Assembly: GCA_963845065.1 (NCBI GenBank)
Contig: CAWJQQ010000001.1
Location: 832,001-896,000 of the forward strand
Source of the DNA: Nitrospirota bacterium
GTDB lineage: Bacteria; Nitrospirota; UBA9217
Length of the DNA: 64,000 bases
Direction of reading: 5' to 3'
Position 1 is the first letter of the stretch. Every line of letters starts with the position of its first letter. Of the stretch, positions 1-10,082 are shown piece after piece. The notes beneath the pieces were generated by a model. That model was not told where the DNA came from, ran no database searches, and saw nothing but the letters and a program-made list of their open reading frames with translations. The translations under genes and the position numbers were made by a program.

Positions 1-353
1 GCAAACAATTAGAATTACACACTTGAGGTGTACCTTACAGAGATCCTAATTTTGATCGAAGTGCAGAATCGGTAGTAACTATAAGTGCGATATTCTTACA
101 GAAGCATGCATGCTTTAGACTGCACGGATTGCACAATACATCTATTCTTTCTCTTCTCAAGTTCCCGAATCATGCATGTCCATTATCGCTTCAATTCAGT
201 TGCTATTAAAATCGTTATGCAAAAATTCATTCCTATTTTGGGGGAATGTGCGGAGAGAATTATGAGATAAAGTAAGAGGGGAGCGCCCGGTTACAGCCCG
301 AGTACTGCCCCTTGGAGCTGAAAAATATTTATTTTATTGAAAATATATAAAAT

Positions 354-382
354 ATTGGCGGGAGAGCATGAGAATCGAACTC
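354..382 (-). repeat. att direct repeat (copy of the tRNA-Sec 3' end), distal island boundary
   Basis: ATTGGCGGGAGAGCATGAGAATCGAACTC at 354-382 is identical to 24630-24658, which overlaps the selC 3' end. Confidence 0.95.
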
Positions 383-398
383 GTGCATATGCATAATA

Positions 399-439
399 TA
401 TCAATGACTTACAGACTTATACGGTATGTTCACGGTATG
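399..439 (+). promoter_or_regulatory. IHF-consensus site plus two putative arm-type integrase sites
   Basis: TATCAATGACTTA (399-411) fits WATCAANNNNTTR; ACGGTATG at 421-428 and 432-439. Confidence 0.6.
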
Positions 440-688
440 AAATGAATTAACAGGATAAAGAGTCATCGTTAATTTTTTCAGATTCATCGTGTTCTGGAGC
501 CATTGACATAAGAATTTGAGAGGGAAATTACGGGAAATATTTATAAATGTCTTTGCGATTTAGGAACCGCACGAGGATGACGGAATCATTCTTCAATACT
601 AGGCCGAGCCGATAATCTCCGACTCTTAGACGGAAGTAGTTGTCCTGTCCCTTAAGCTTTTTTAAATTAGAAATAATAGAGAGGGAAT

Positions 689-2012
689 CAGTAATGTCCG
701 GTTACGTTTTTGCATGGAGAATGCCTTCTCCGGACATTTTATAGCAGTCACGGTCAGGCGGCACGTTCTCAAACTCAGTAGATTCATTTTTGATTTTGCA
801 GCGTAGCTCTCTGACCCTTTTTATACTGACTTTCTCATTGTGCTGTTCGTGGCAATAAATAGCGAGAAGCAGGTAGGTGATGAGGCCTCCCAGTATTTGG
901 ACCATGAGACCATGCTTGCTTCTTGCAATCAAGTGATAGACCTTCAAATGGCGTTTCCACCAGCCGAAGAAGGTTTCTATGTTCCATCGGAGCTTGTAAA
1001 CCAGCGCTACCTCCTCGGCTGAAAGATCGTACCGATCGGTAGCAACCCAGTATTCTTTATTCGCGACACGATAGGCGACTACACGGAGTTCTTTTTCCGT
1101 TTGATTCACGCCTTTGGTCCCGAGCAGGACAACGGCGTCATAGAAAACAATGCTTCCTGGCTTAACGGTATTGGCCTTGATAATAGTAATCGTTGTGTTT
1201 TCTTTGATCCGGCAGACAAAATATTTTCTCTCAATCTGCCACTGATCGAAGCTCTTATGCCGCTGATAGTAACGATCCAGAACACTGGTCTGACCCGGAG
1301 AAATAATCTGGCTTACAAAAGGGCGTTCATCTCCTTTGCCGTGGGTCAAAAATATCTTCGTCGGAATACCACGATTGATATCGAAGCCTATATGCGTCTT
1401 GGCTTTTTTTGAGCCGCCCCGATAATCGGCCCAGTGCATGGAAAGGACTGCATCTATCAAAGATCCATCAACGGCGATAAGGTCGCCGAGATTGCCGTAT
1501 TCAGTCGGAAGCAGCTTGGTGGCTTTGGCTTGGAGTGCCAAATATAATTCCATAAGTTGATCAAGGCCTCTTGAATTAATGGCCTCGAAAAAACTGCTTT
1601 TATTAATACCGGATTTCGGCGCAATCGTCTGTCGGGCAAAATCATCTTCCTTGAGGACTTGCAACAGGTGACGACCTGAAGTGTGTTCCTCAAGGTGAAA
1701 GTAAATGAGCGCATGAAGCTGATCTTCAAATTCCATTTGTAGCGGCCTGTTTCCTCGTGCCTTAAGTAGCGTGATGTCGCTTAACGGCGCTTCCAGCGGT
1801 TGAAGCAGAAGGCTGAATGATGGTCGTTTGCCTGATTTGTTCTTCGGATCGAGCACATAGGGCATTTTCGTAACTCCTTGCAGTTAAAGGTATTTACGAA
1901 AATTTTTTCTGTGCACGTTTTTCTAAATGTCAAGTTAATAGCGACCGAACATTAGAATGTTATGCTTTTTTATTGTCTCCTTTGAATGCAATTTGCTAAC
2001 CGGACAACGCTG
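689..2012 (-). mobile_element. IS4-family insertion sequence
   Basis: Terminal IRs CAGTAATGTCCGGTTA / CAGCGTTGTCCGGTTA; 9-bp TSD AGAGGGAAT at 680-688 and 2013-2021. Confidence 0.92.
702..1865 (-). CDS. IS4-family DDE transposase
   Basis: 387 aa; AVDGS, VLDRYY, YKLRWNIETFF (YREK-type motif). Confidence 0.92.
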   Translation of the reverse strand: MPYVLDPKNKSGKRPSFSLLLQPLEAPLSDITLLKARGNRPLQMEFEDQLHALIYFHLEEHTSGRHLLQVLKEDDFARQTIAPKSGINKSSFFEAINSRGLDQLMELYLALQAKATKLLPTEYGNLGDLIAVDGSLIDAVLSMHWADYRGGSKKAKTHIGFDINRGIPTKIFLTHGKGDERPFVSQIISPGQTSVLDRYYQRHKSFDQWQIERKYFVCRIKENTTITIIKANTVKPGSIVFYDAVVLLGTKGVNQTEKELRVVAYRVANKEYWVATDRYDLSAEEVALVYKLRWNIETFFGWWKRHLKVYHLIARSKHGLMVQILGGLITYLLLAIYCHEQHNEKVSIKRVRELRCKIKNESTEFENVPPDRDCYKMSGEGILHAKT

Positions 2013-2126
2013 AGAGGGAATGAACTTTTTCGATAGTCTCGATGATTTCCTTGACCTTTTTCAAAACGGCTTTGTCTTTGATACCTTTTAAGTCCTTTAC
2101 AAAACTATCTCTGAAGTCTACTTTCA

Positions 2127-2333
2127 TTATTTGCTCGTAAAAATTTTGAAGACAGCGGAACGGCTGACGGGTTTGCTGTGGAGGCCTTGTTCGATTGCAT
2201 GCGCAAGAGCAATTTCCTCGATTGCATCTTCGACAATGTCCTGCACCAAGGCCCGTTGTTCATGGAGCGCTTCAGTAACGGCCGATTTCATCAGCGTTTT
2301 TAATTTTTTCTCATCTAGTGTCGCTGTTGCCAT
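2127..2333 (-). CDS. Putative antitoxin of the relE module
   Basis: 68 aa from MATATLDEKK; its stop overlaps the relE ATG (TAATG). Confidence 0.7.
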   Translation of the reverse strand: MATATLDEKKLKTLMKSAVTEALHEQRALVQDIVEDAIEEIALAHAIEQGLHSKPVSRSAVFKIFTSK

Positions 2334-2503
2334 AAGTTTCTCCCTCATGATTCTTACACTATCATAGTATAATAAAAAACTCAGGTCAATGGAAAAAGCA
2401 GGTAAGTTCTTGCCGTGCATCAGACTCTTTAGACATAGTTCTAGAAAATGAATAGCATATTATAGTTAGGATCAGAGTATCTGGAACTAAAATTCAGATT
2501 GAA

Positions 2504-4576
2504 GTGTGCAATTGTTTCGATTTACAATAACTCGCGAGGTCCATCCTGTCGCGCCAGGTTAAGCCTGGGAAAGGTGGTGGACCAGAAACCGAAACCTTTC
2601 GTAGTGATTCTGTAGGTAACCAATCCTACCTGGCAAAGCCTGGTCAGCAGCCAGAAGCGAGTCTTGCATGCGCATAGGTGACTATGTGTGTGAAGCGTAG
2701 ACAGCTACTGCAAAAGCCGTGTCATTGAGCCCCGAAATAGCCTTGCGGGAGCTTTCGTTTTCAGGATGACGGGAGCAGCATCGATCATGCAGTACCGACC
2801 TCACATGATCGGTCCTACCGGGGTCAAAGAGCAGGGCAAATGCAGAAGAGGATCACCTAGGAACCTGGGAGATCTTGCCACTCCGTCTTTGGAGCACCGG
2901 TGGGGATAACGGAACGAATAACTCCAGGCCCCAAGCGTCATCGCGCAGAGACGCTTAGGGAGGTGCGTGATGGCACGAAACAAAACAATCAGCGCGGAAG
3001 ACGGTATCGCCAACTGAAGGAAACGAAAGGCGGCGAAACGGGAAGCAAGATGTCGTAGCGCCCTCATAGAACTGATGATGCAGGGGAACAAATCCCATTG
3101 GACCCTGCGGAGGTAAGGGGGGCGTCGTGTTGTAGAACCGTTGATGGGAAACACAGAGGATGCGATGGAATCCGAAAACACAGTGTACACGAAACAGCAA
3201 CGGATAGCAGAACTTGCGAGGATTCACCCTGATGTAAGTTTCACGTCTCTCACCCATCACATTGATTTAGTGTGGCTCTATGAAGCATTCGGTCGAACGC
3301 GGAAGGACGGAGCAACGGGAATAGATGCGCAGACAGCAGAAGAGTACGAGAAGGAGCTGAATGCGAATCTGCGGTCACTATTAGAACGCGCTAAATCGGG
3401 AAAGTACTTTGCGCCGCCGGTGTTGCGGGCGCATATCCCGAAAGACCCGGCAAAGAATGAAACCCGTCCTATCGGCATACCGACGTTCGAGGATAAGGTG
3501 ATTCAGAGGGCTATACAAATGGTGTTGGAGCCACTATATGAACAGGAATTTCTGGACTGCTCATATGGGTTCCGGACAAGGCGTTCTGCCCACGACGCGC
3601 TGCAATCGTTGTGGACGCAGATGATGGACATAGGCGGATGCTGGATCATCGATTTGGATATTCGGAAGTTTTTCGATACGATGGTTCACGAGCACATCAG
3701 GGAGATACTCAAGAGGCGGGTGAGTGACGGAGTAATAACGAGACTCATAGGGAAGTGGTTGAAAGCCGGTGTATGGGAAGCAGGAAACATCAGTTACCCA
3801 GAGAAGGGTACTCCTCAAGGCGGCGTGATTTCCCCCATGCTGAGTAATATTTATCTTCATGAGGTGCTGGACCTGTGGTTTGAGAAGGAAGTAAAACCAC
3901 GCCTCCGTGGCAAAGCGTTTCTGATTCGTTACGCAGATGACGCAGTGTTGGGGTTTGCGCTCGAAGAAGATACCCGGAGAGTGATGGAAGTACTTCCGAA
4001 GCGGTTTGCCCGATTTGGCCTGACGATCCACCCGGAGAAGACACGCGTGGTGAAGTTCATAAAACCGGATAACACCAACTCGGGAGGCCACAGCCAGGAC
4101 AAGGACAACACGTTCAACTTTCTAGGATTTACTCACTACTGGGCGACGTCCCGTAAGGGCATGGCGGTGATCAAGCGAAGTACCGAGAAGAGCCGGTTCG
4201 TGCGAGCGCTCCTGAAGATCAAGGAGTGGTGCAAGGTCAACCGGCACACCCCTCTGAAGGAGCAGCATAAGACGCTGAACCAGAAACTCCGAGGCCACGA
4301 CGCTTATTACGGGATTAGAGGCAACAGTCAGATGCTGTCGAACTTCCATCACAAGGTGAGACGGATCTGGCGCAAATGGCTACAGCGAAGGTCGTGCGAT
4401 GGTAGTATCCCGTGGGATAACTTCGCACTATTAGAAAAAGCCTACCCACTTGTGTCAGCGAGAATCGTTCACTCCATATACTTACGCAAAGCTACAGCAT
4501 GAAGAACCGAATGCGTTAATCGCGCACGTTCGGGTCTGTGGGGGCTGGGGCAGGTGACTGCCCTGGCCTACCTGGC
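2504..4576 (+). mobile_element. Group II intron (ribozyme plus RT ORF)
   Basis: Domain V/VI after the ORF: GAACCGAATGCGTTAATCGCGCACGTTCGGGTCTGTGGGGG...CCTACCTGGC; candidate 5' GTGTG at 2504 (5' boundary uncertain, alternative ~2548). Confidence 0.8.
3144..4502 (+). CDS. ltrA: Group II intron reverse transcriptase/maturase, no C-terminal endonuclease
   Basis: GTPQGGVISPMLSNIYL, RYADD, FNFLGF, domain X (LRGHDAYY). Confidence 0.95.
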   Translation: MGNTEDAMESENTVYTKQQRIAELARIHPDVSFTSLTHHIDLVWLYEAFGRTRKDGATGIDAQTAEEYEKELNANLRSLLERAKSGKYFAPPVLRAHIPKDPAKNETRPIGIPTFEDKVIQRAIQMVLEPLYEQEFLDCSYGFRTRRSAHDALQSLWTQMMDIGGCWIIDLDIRKFFDTMVHEHIREILKRRVSDGVITRLIGKWLKAGVWEAGNISYPEKGTPQGGVISPMLSNIYLHEVLDLWFEKEVKPRLRGKAFLIRYADDAVLGFALEEDTRRVMEVLPKRFARFGLTIHPEKTRVVKFIKPDNTNSGGHSQDKDNTFNFLGFTHYWATSRKGMAVIKRSTEKSRFVRALLKIKEWCKVNRHTPLKEQHKTLNQKLRGHDAYYGIRGNSQMLSNFHHKVRRIWRKWLQRRSCDGSIPWDNFALLEKAYPLVSARIVHSIYLRKATA

Positions 4577-4648
4577 TAGCAAATGAGTTTAAATTTATTG
4601 CAACAAGGTAAGTATCAAACTGAATATGTTAATTTGAAGAATATTTTT

Positions 4649-4684
4649 TTGCTTGCATGTATAGCAATAATGCTATATTATAAT
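4649..4684 (+). promoter_or_regulatory. TA promoter with operator palindrome
   Basis: TATAGCA-ATAA-TGCTATA (4660-4677) between TTGC-type -35 and TATAAT/TATATT-type -10 hexamers just upstream of the toxin. Confidence 0.55.
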
Positions 4685-5042
4685 GCTCATGCAATGGTCA
4701 CTAGAATATTATGTAGATGAAAATGGGAAATCGCCCGTAAAATATTTTATCGACGCAATCTCTGCCGAAAGTAAAGCAAAATTTATTTTCATAGCTGACC
4801 TTCTCACTGAATATGGTCTGAGTGTGCGAGAACCCTATGTTAAACCCATTACCGGTTCGCGGAAACTTTTTGAGATCAGGCTGAAAGACCATCAAAATAT
4901 TCACCGTGTATTCTACTTCGCCAGTACTGGCAGGAAACTGATTCTCTTACATGGATTTACGAAGAAAACCGACAAGACACCTCGGCGGGAAATCGACATC
5001 GCAGAAGCAAGAATGAAAGATTATTTGGCAAAAAGAGGATGA
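4683..5042 (+). CDS. higB: RelE/HigB (Gp49-like) toxin
   Basis: YVDENGKSPV, PYVKPI, LFEIR, LILLHGFTKKTDKTPRREI. Confidence 0.85.
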   Translation: MLMQWSLEYYVDENGKSPVKYFIDAISAESKAKFIFIADLLTEYGLSVREPYVKPITGSRKLFEIRLKDHQNIHRVFYFASTGRKLILLHGFTKKTDKTPRREIDIAEARMKDYLAKRG

Positions 5043-5332
5043 TTATGAATTACAAAGAACACAGGAAAGAGTTGCTAAGCAACAAAGCGGTCAAGGCAGA
5101 ACATGAGAAACTCCTACCCGAATATGAACTTGCTAGGAGCATTCTGGAACAACGTCTAAAGAAAAAGATGACACAACTTGATGTCGCTAAGAAGACCGGT
5201 ATGCCACAATCTTCTGTAGCACGAATTGAAGGATTAACCCATGGTCTGCCACGTCTGTCAACACTTAAGAAGATTGCTCAGGCTCTGGACGCGGAACTTA
5301 TTATAACGCTGAAAGCAAAAAAGACCGCGTAA
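5039..5332 (+). CDS. higA: XRE-family HTH antitoxin
   Basis: MTQLDVAKKTGMPQSSVARIE helix-turn-helix; overlaps toxin stop; toxin-first gene order. Confidence 0.85.
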   Translation: MIMNYKEHRKELLSNKAVKAEHEKLLPEYELARSILEQRLKKKMTQLDVAKKTGMPQSSVARIEGLTHGLPRLSTLKKIAQALDAELIITLKAKKTA

Positions 5333-5570
5333 TAGTATTGAGAAAACCATAATCGATGACCGTTACGGCAACAGCAAAAAATAGCTGAAAGCTGATCTGA
5401 GCGCTCTTGCCCAGGAAAGAGACCTGAATGATGATATCGATCTATCAATCCATTCGATACAGAGAATGGGCAGATCCTAAGTATTCCAAATGAGATTATA
5501 GTTGCTCTTGAGGATAATACTATAACAAACGGTTCTTCATCACTTGCATGGATCCTATCGTGGTGTAGGC

Positions 5571-8303
5571 ATGGCAATCGTAATTAACGATGAAACACTG
5601 GTTGCTTACTCACAATGCCCACGTAAAGCTTACAACCTGATCTATACTTCGGAACCAGGTCAACCACAAGAGTTTCATCAAATCATTGAGCAGAATCGAA
5701 TTGCAAATTCGCGCAAGTTCTTTGATGTTATCAGTCTTAGCACGCCTGACATACTCCCCTATAGTATCGAGAATCTTAACAAGGGTTGTAAGATATTTAC
5801 CAACGCAGCATTGATCGTCGATGAGCTGCGAGTCGATTGCGATGTTTTGACAAAAGTGAGTAAGCAAAATTATGAGCCTACAATAATCATAGGATCATAT
5901 AAGATCAATGAGAGTGACAAACTCCACCTCATGCTCATCGGATATATGTTGTCAAAAATTCAAGGGCGGTATGCCGAACATGGCCATATCGTTACTATGG
6001 GTGACAAGCCGTCCTTGATTAAACTTCAGCATAATCAGAAAAAATTACACGCAGTATTAGATCCATTGCTAAAATGGGTGAAAAATGACTCGCCCCCTGC
6101 TGAACCGCCGGTGATATTGAATAAACATTGTAGCTTGTGCCAGTTCCGCCAGCAATGTGAGGCAAAAGCCATTCAGGAAGATAATCTGAGCAGACTGCAA
6201 GGAGTAACACCAAGGATTATTCGCAGATATGAAAGAAAAGGGATCTTTACCGTCAAACAGTTATCCTATATTTTTAAACCACGAAAGCGGAATAAACACG
6301 CAAGGAGAATATCCCAGTCCATTCATAAAATAGAACTGCAAGCCCTGGCTATTCGAACGGAAAGAATATACCTTCAAGAGCTACCCTCATTGACGCGAAA
6401 TGAAACTGAACTATTTTTTGACATTGAGAGCATACCCGATCAAGACACACACTATCTTCTCGGATTGCTGATATGCCAAAGAGAGGCAGTTAAATATCAG
6501 CCTTTCTGGGGGAACGGAGCAGATGACGAAAAAACGATTTGGTATGCTTTATTGGACTTGCTCAACCAATATCCCGATGCCCCGATTTATCATTATGGCA
6601 GCTATGAACTACGCACCATTATCAAGCTTGCTAAACGATATAAGACTGACAGTGCAAATCTGAGTGCTCGGCTGATAAATGTTCACAAGCAGATACACGG
6701 CAAAGTTTACTTTCCAGTGTATTCTAATCGGTTGAAAAGTGTCGCCGCCCTTGTTGGGGCCTCGTGGACCCATCCAGATGCGTCCGGCTTACAAAGTATT
6801 GTGTGGCGGTACAAGTGGGAGAAAACGCATGATGACCGATATAAAGATACTTTACTGAAATACAATGAGGAGGACTGCCGTGCTCTGAAGCTACTGGTTG
6901 ATGCACTTTATAAAATTCAGCTTTCGGCTGATATAATACCTGAAGTAGATTTTGCTGACCGTCTTAAACAGCGGACAACTGAAGCGAGCGAGAAGGTCAT
7001 CAGTCAATTTAATAAAATTCTTGAATTTGGACATTTTGACTGCGAGAGCAAGAAAATTCGTTTCCGTCAAGAAGACGAAATTAAAGAACCTAAGCGGGAT
7101 AAGAGGGAAATATGTAAATTAGCATTCAAAAAGAATCTTGAAAAGTTGGAGAGAGTTCGCCATAGGGCGAAGAGACGCGTCCAAGTCCCGCATGAAAATA
7201 TTTGTCAAAGATGTGGGTACGAGCCTCTATCCCCACGCAAGGCTGAGTCAAGGCGATTTATCGTAAATCTTGTACTCACAAAGAACGGTATAAAGAAAAC
7301 GATTGCAGAATATTATGGAGCAAAAGCCGCATGTCCGAAATGTAAGGGTGTCTATGCACCTCCGGCGTTACGCAAATATTCAACTAACCGTGTATATGGG
7401 CATGGTTTCCGTTCATGGCAGATCTTTCAGCGCGTCGCTCTGCGCTTGCCATACGAAAGCATCGTTGAATCTGCAATTGAACATTATGGCGAGGATATTA
7501 ATGTTGGTTCAACACTGTACTCTATGGAAAGATTCGCAGAATATTATGCATCAACAGAGAAAAAGATTATGGAGGGTTTGCTAAAAAGTCCATTTGTTCA
7601 TGTCGATGAAACGCGTGCTAATATACAGGGCGGTGGCTGGTATGTTTGGGTTTTCACAGATAACAAACATGTAATTCTGAAGCTTACAGACACAAGAGAA
7701 ACAACGGTCGTACAGGAATTACTGTCCCAGTATCACGGCATCCTAATCTCTGATTTTTATGGAGGTTACGACACGATACCATGCATTCAACAACGATGTT
7801 GGGCACATCTTATTGGCAACCTGAACGAGGATATCCGCAAAAATCCTTTTGATATGGAATTTGAGGCGTTTATTTTAGGAGTCAGAGAGCTAATACTACC
7901 GATCATGGAAGATATTCAAAAGTACGGTTTAAAAAAGCGCAATCTCCATAAGTTCAAGAAAAAAGTTGATAATTTCTATACAAGGATGATCGTTGATAAG
8001 CAGTATAAGTCTGATCTTGTAAATACTTATCAGAAGCGATTCGCTCGATATCGGGAGAGTTTGTTTACCTTTCTGGAACAGGATGGCGTACCATGGAACA
8101 ACAATGCCGCAGAAAGAGCTATTAGGCCGTTTGCCATACAAAGAGATGCATCAACGCCATTTCAGGCAACTGTGCTAAGAAACTATTTAGTTATGTTGGG
8201 TATTCGTCAGACTTGCCGATTTCAAAATAAATCATTCTTCAAATTCCTATTTTCAGAGAGAACCGACTTGGAGAATTTTCAAAATAGATCACGTAGACGA
8301 TAA
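5571..8303 (+). CDS. TM0106/Cas4-like RecB nuclease + RNase H-like domain fused to IS66-family transposase
   Basis: N-term YSQCPRK...HCSLCQFRQQC; FFDIE...YNEEDC; CQRC...CPKC zinc finger; IS66 DDE motifs HVDET, LISDFY, QRCWAHL, WNNNAAERAIR. Confidence 0.8.
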   Translation: MAIVINDETLVAYSQCPRKAYNLIYTSEPGQPQEFHQIIEQNRIANSRKFFDVISLSTPDILPYSIENLNKGCKIFTNAALIVDELRVDCDVLTKVSKQNYEPTIIIGSYKINESDKLHLMLIGYMLSKIQGRYAEHGHIVTMGDKPSLIKLQHNQKKLHAVLDPLLKWVKNDSPPAEPPVILNKHCSLCQFRQQCEAKAIQEDNLSRLQGVTPRIIRRYERKGIFTVKQLSYIFKPRKRNKHARRISQSIHKIELQALAIRTERIYLQELPSLTRNETELFFDIESIPDQDTHYLLGLLICQREAVKYQPFWGNGADDEKTIWYALLDLLNQYPDAPIYHYGSYELRTIIKLAKRYKTDSANLSARLINVHKQIHGKVYFPVYSNRLKSVAALVGASWTHPDASGLQSIVWRYKWEKTHDDRYKDTLLKYNEEDCRALKLLVDALYKIQLSADIIPEVDFADRLKQRTTEASEKVISQFNKILEFGHFDCESKKIRFRQEDEIKEPKRDKREICKLAFKKNLEKLERVRHRAKRRVQVPHENICQRCGYEPLSPRKAESRRFIVNLVLTKNGIKKTIAEYYGAKAACPKCKGVYAPPALRKYSTNRVYGHGFRSWQIFQRVALRLPYESIVESAIEHYGEDINVGSTLYSMERFAEYYASTEKKIMEGLLKSPFVHVDETRANIQGGGWYVWVFTDNKHVILKLTDTRETTVVQELLSQYHGILISDFYGGYDTIPCIQQRCWAHLIGNLNEDIRKNPFDMEFEAFILGVRELILPIMEDIQKYGLKKRNLHKFKKKVDNFYTRMIVDKQYKSDLVNTYQKRFARYRESLFTFLEQDGVPWNNNAAERAIRPFAIQRDASTPFQATVLRNYLVMLGIRQTCRFQNKSFFKFLFSERTDLENFQNRSRRR

Positions 8304-8872
8304 AGCACGTCCTCGATGCGTTCGTTTGGCTATATCCGAATCCTCTGACTTCAACACGAAATTTATTGCCAACTAAAAAAAAGAACGGTGGAGAACATGG
8401 TCGACCAAAAATGATTATTCGAAGTTAACGCTGCTGATTTATAATCTTGTTAGGACGTTTCAAGCTGTATTCTGCAATCGTTTATATCAAGCTTCGGTGC
8501 ATACTCATAGGTGCTCTTCGTAAAGCCCAGCATCGTTCTGAAGCAAAAAATATCGATTGAAGTTTTATGTGCAAAGTTCAATCAGAATTTTGCAGGATCA
8601 GCTTTACGCGTTTTTGTGCTTTATCTTGCCGTGTGGTTCCGCTATAATCGTCATCATTAAGCAACAGTACATCCCGAAACTGTTATAGTGGCATTTCTTT
8701 CTAACACATCAATACTTTTTGAATTTATTGACCTGCATGCGATCCCCACACTAACCGGTATGCGGTGTGTAAACTCTTTGTTCACTACACGCAATAAATG
8801 ATCGGGGAGCACCAGAACTCAAGACGCATGCACCTGCGGGGCTGACGCTTAGCACCGCAATGGGCGGGAAAA

Positions 8873-9295
8873 ATGCCCTTGACCATATCAAGTATCACGG
8901 TTATCTCAATGGAAAAGGAAGACATACCTTACAAGTACTATGGTTGGTGGCGGATAATCGAAACATCACAGTGGGCTAACGCCGGCATCGACAGTATCGG
9001 TGCGGCGCTAATTTCACTTACGGGACATGATGATCGATTGAGGATGTACACTCTTCTCGCTCACGTGAACTGCAAGCCCACCAAGAAGGGCGTGTCGTTT
9101 ACATGGCAGGGTGCTTGGGAGTATGACCCTGTCTCCGGATCCGGGTGCGTGCGACTTCGCAAGGATGGACGTCTCGTGGGCAGAATCAGGATTAAAAGCG
9201 GGGATGACAGCACTTTTATCGCAGAGAAAGCGGAAGAACCGAATGAATCTATTCCAGAACCGCCAAGCTACCGTGATAAATGGCGGCGCAGGTGA
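8873..9295 (+). CDS. Hypothetical beta-rich protein
   Basis: 140-aa ORF (probable start 8909); GWWRIIET...FTWQGAWEYDPVSGSG pattern. Confidence 0.6.
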   Translation: MPLTISSITVISMEKEDIPYKYYGWWRIIETSQWANAGIDSIGAALISLTGHDDRLRMYTLLAHVNCKPTKKGVSFTWQGAWEYDPVSGSGCVRLRKDGRLVGRIRIKSGDDSTFIAEKAEEPNESIPEPPSYRDKWRRR

Positions 9296-9422
9296 TAAAT
9301 ACGGGGATGCCAATTTTTGCCTATGGGAATATCTGTGATTTGCTTAAAGCGGACGGGCAAGCCGGAGTTCAGACAGCAACCGCGAAAATGAAAAGATCAT
9401 TTATTGAACGAGAGAATTCTAA

Positions 9423-9842
9423 TTGGCAAAAAAGCTGAAAGTCGATAAGGCTTTCATTCCATGCCCAGTTGCTACGGATGATGAGCTGTATCCAAATGGT
9501 ATTTTCGTATTTAATATCACGAAAATGCTCGAATATATTCAAAAAGAACCTGAACGCATCACTCTTGAAGAAGTAGCGGTGAAAGATTTCCGCAAAAATG
9601 TTTCATCTATCGACGAGTCTTATATGGACTCAGTTGAAATTAATCGGCCGGTGATAATTGCTGAAATTTCTCCAGGGCGATATAACTTGATTGATGGCAA
9701 TCACAGAATGGAAAAGGCCCGCAGAATAGGACTAGAAAGAATCCTGGCCTACAGACTGAATGTTGAGCAGCACTTGAGATTCTTGACTTCCCAAAAATCA
9801 TATGTTGCATATATTGCCTATTGGAACAGTAAGCTGCAATAA
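9423..9842 (+). CDS. ParB/Srx N-terminal domain protein
   Basis: RPVIIAEISPGRYNLIDGNHRMEKA ParBc motif. Confidence 0.78.
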   Translation: MAKKLKVDKAFIPCPVATDDELYPNGIFVFNITKMLEYIQKEPERITLEEVAVKDFRKNVSSIDESYMDSVEINRPVIIAEISPGRYNLIDGNHRMEKARRIGLERILAYRLNVEQHLRFLTSQKSYVAYIAYWNSKLQ

Positions 9843-9899
9843 TTTTAAGAAGATTCTGCCGGCGGATAAATCTCGCAACGAATCACAATAGAGAAATAA

Positions 9900-10082
9900 A
9901 TGAAAACATTCGAAGAAGCGATAAGACTTGCGCTCGCAGTATACGACGACTTCCAGGCTAAGGGTCTTAGCAAAGACGAGGCGCGGACAAAAGCAGTCAC
10001 TGAAATGATAGAGAGGTACGGGGACATGGAGCTTGTGCATCGCACAGCTGCCGTTAGAAGAGGAACGGCATATGACAAATAA
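9900..10082 (+). CDS. Small hypothetical protein
   Basis: 60-aa helical ORF overlapping the next start codon. Confidence 0.4.
   Translation: MKTFEEAIRLALAVYDDFQAKGLSKDEARTKAVTEMIERYGDMELVHRTAAVRRGTAYDK

Larger units (their letters stand above)
528..2127 (-). pseudogene. relE: RelE/ParE-family toxin split by IS4
   Basis: 5' part MKVDFRDSFVKDLKGIKDKAVLKKVKEIIETIEKVHSL (2127 to ~2013) joins 3' part SIISNLKKLKGQDNYFRLRVGDYRLGLVLKNDSVILVRFLNRKDIYKYFP* (~680-528); YRLRVGDYR-type RelE motif. Confidence 0.88.

Noticed and set aside
355..382. Second tRNA gene
   Set aside because: Only the T-loop and 3' acceptor half are present; it is an att repeat.
3144..4502. Retron or DGR reverse transcriptase
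   Set aside because: YADD plus domain X and clear intron domains V/VI follow the ORF; no TR/VR pair or msr-msd seen.
9320..9385. Possible attC between ORFs 8873 and 9423
   Set aside because: GTTCAGA and a weak stem are present, but there is no AAC box; too degenerate.
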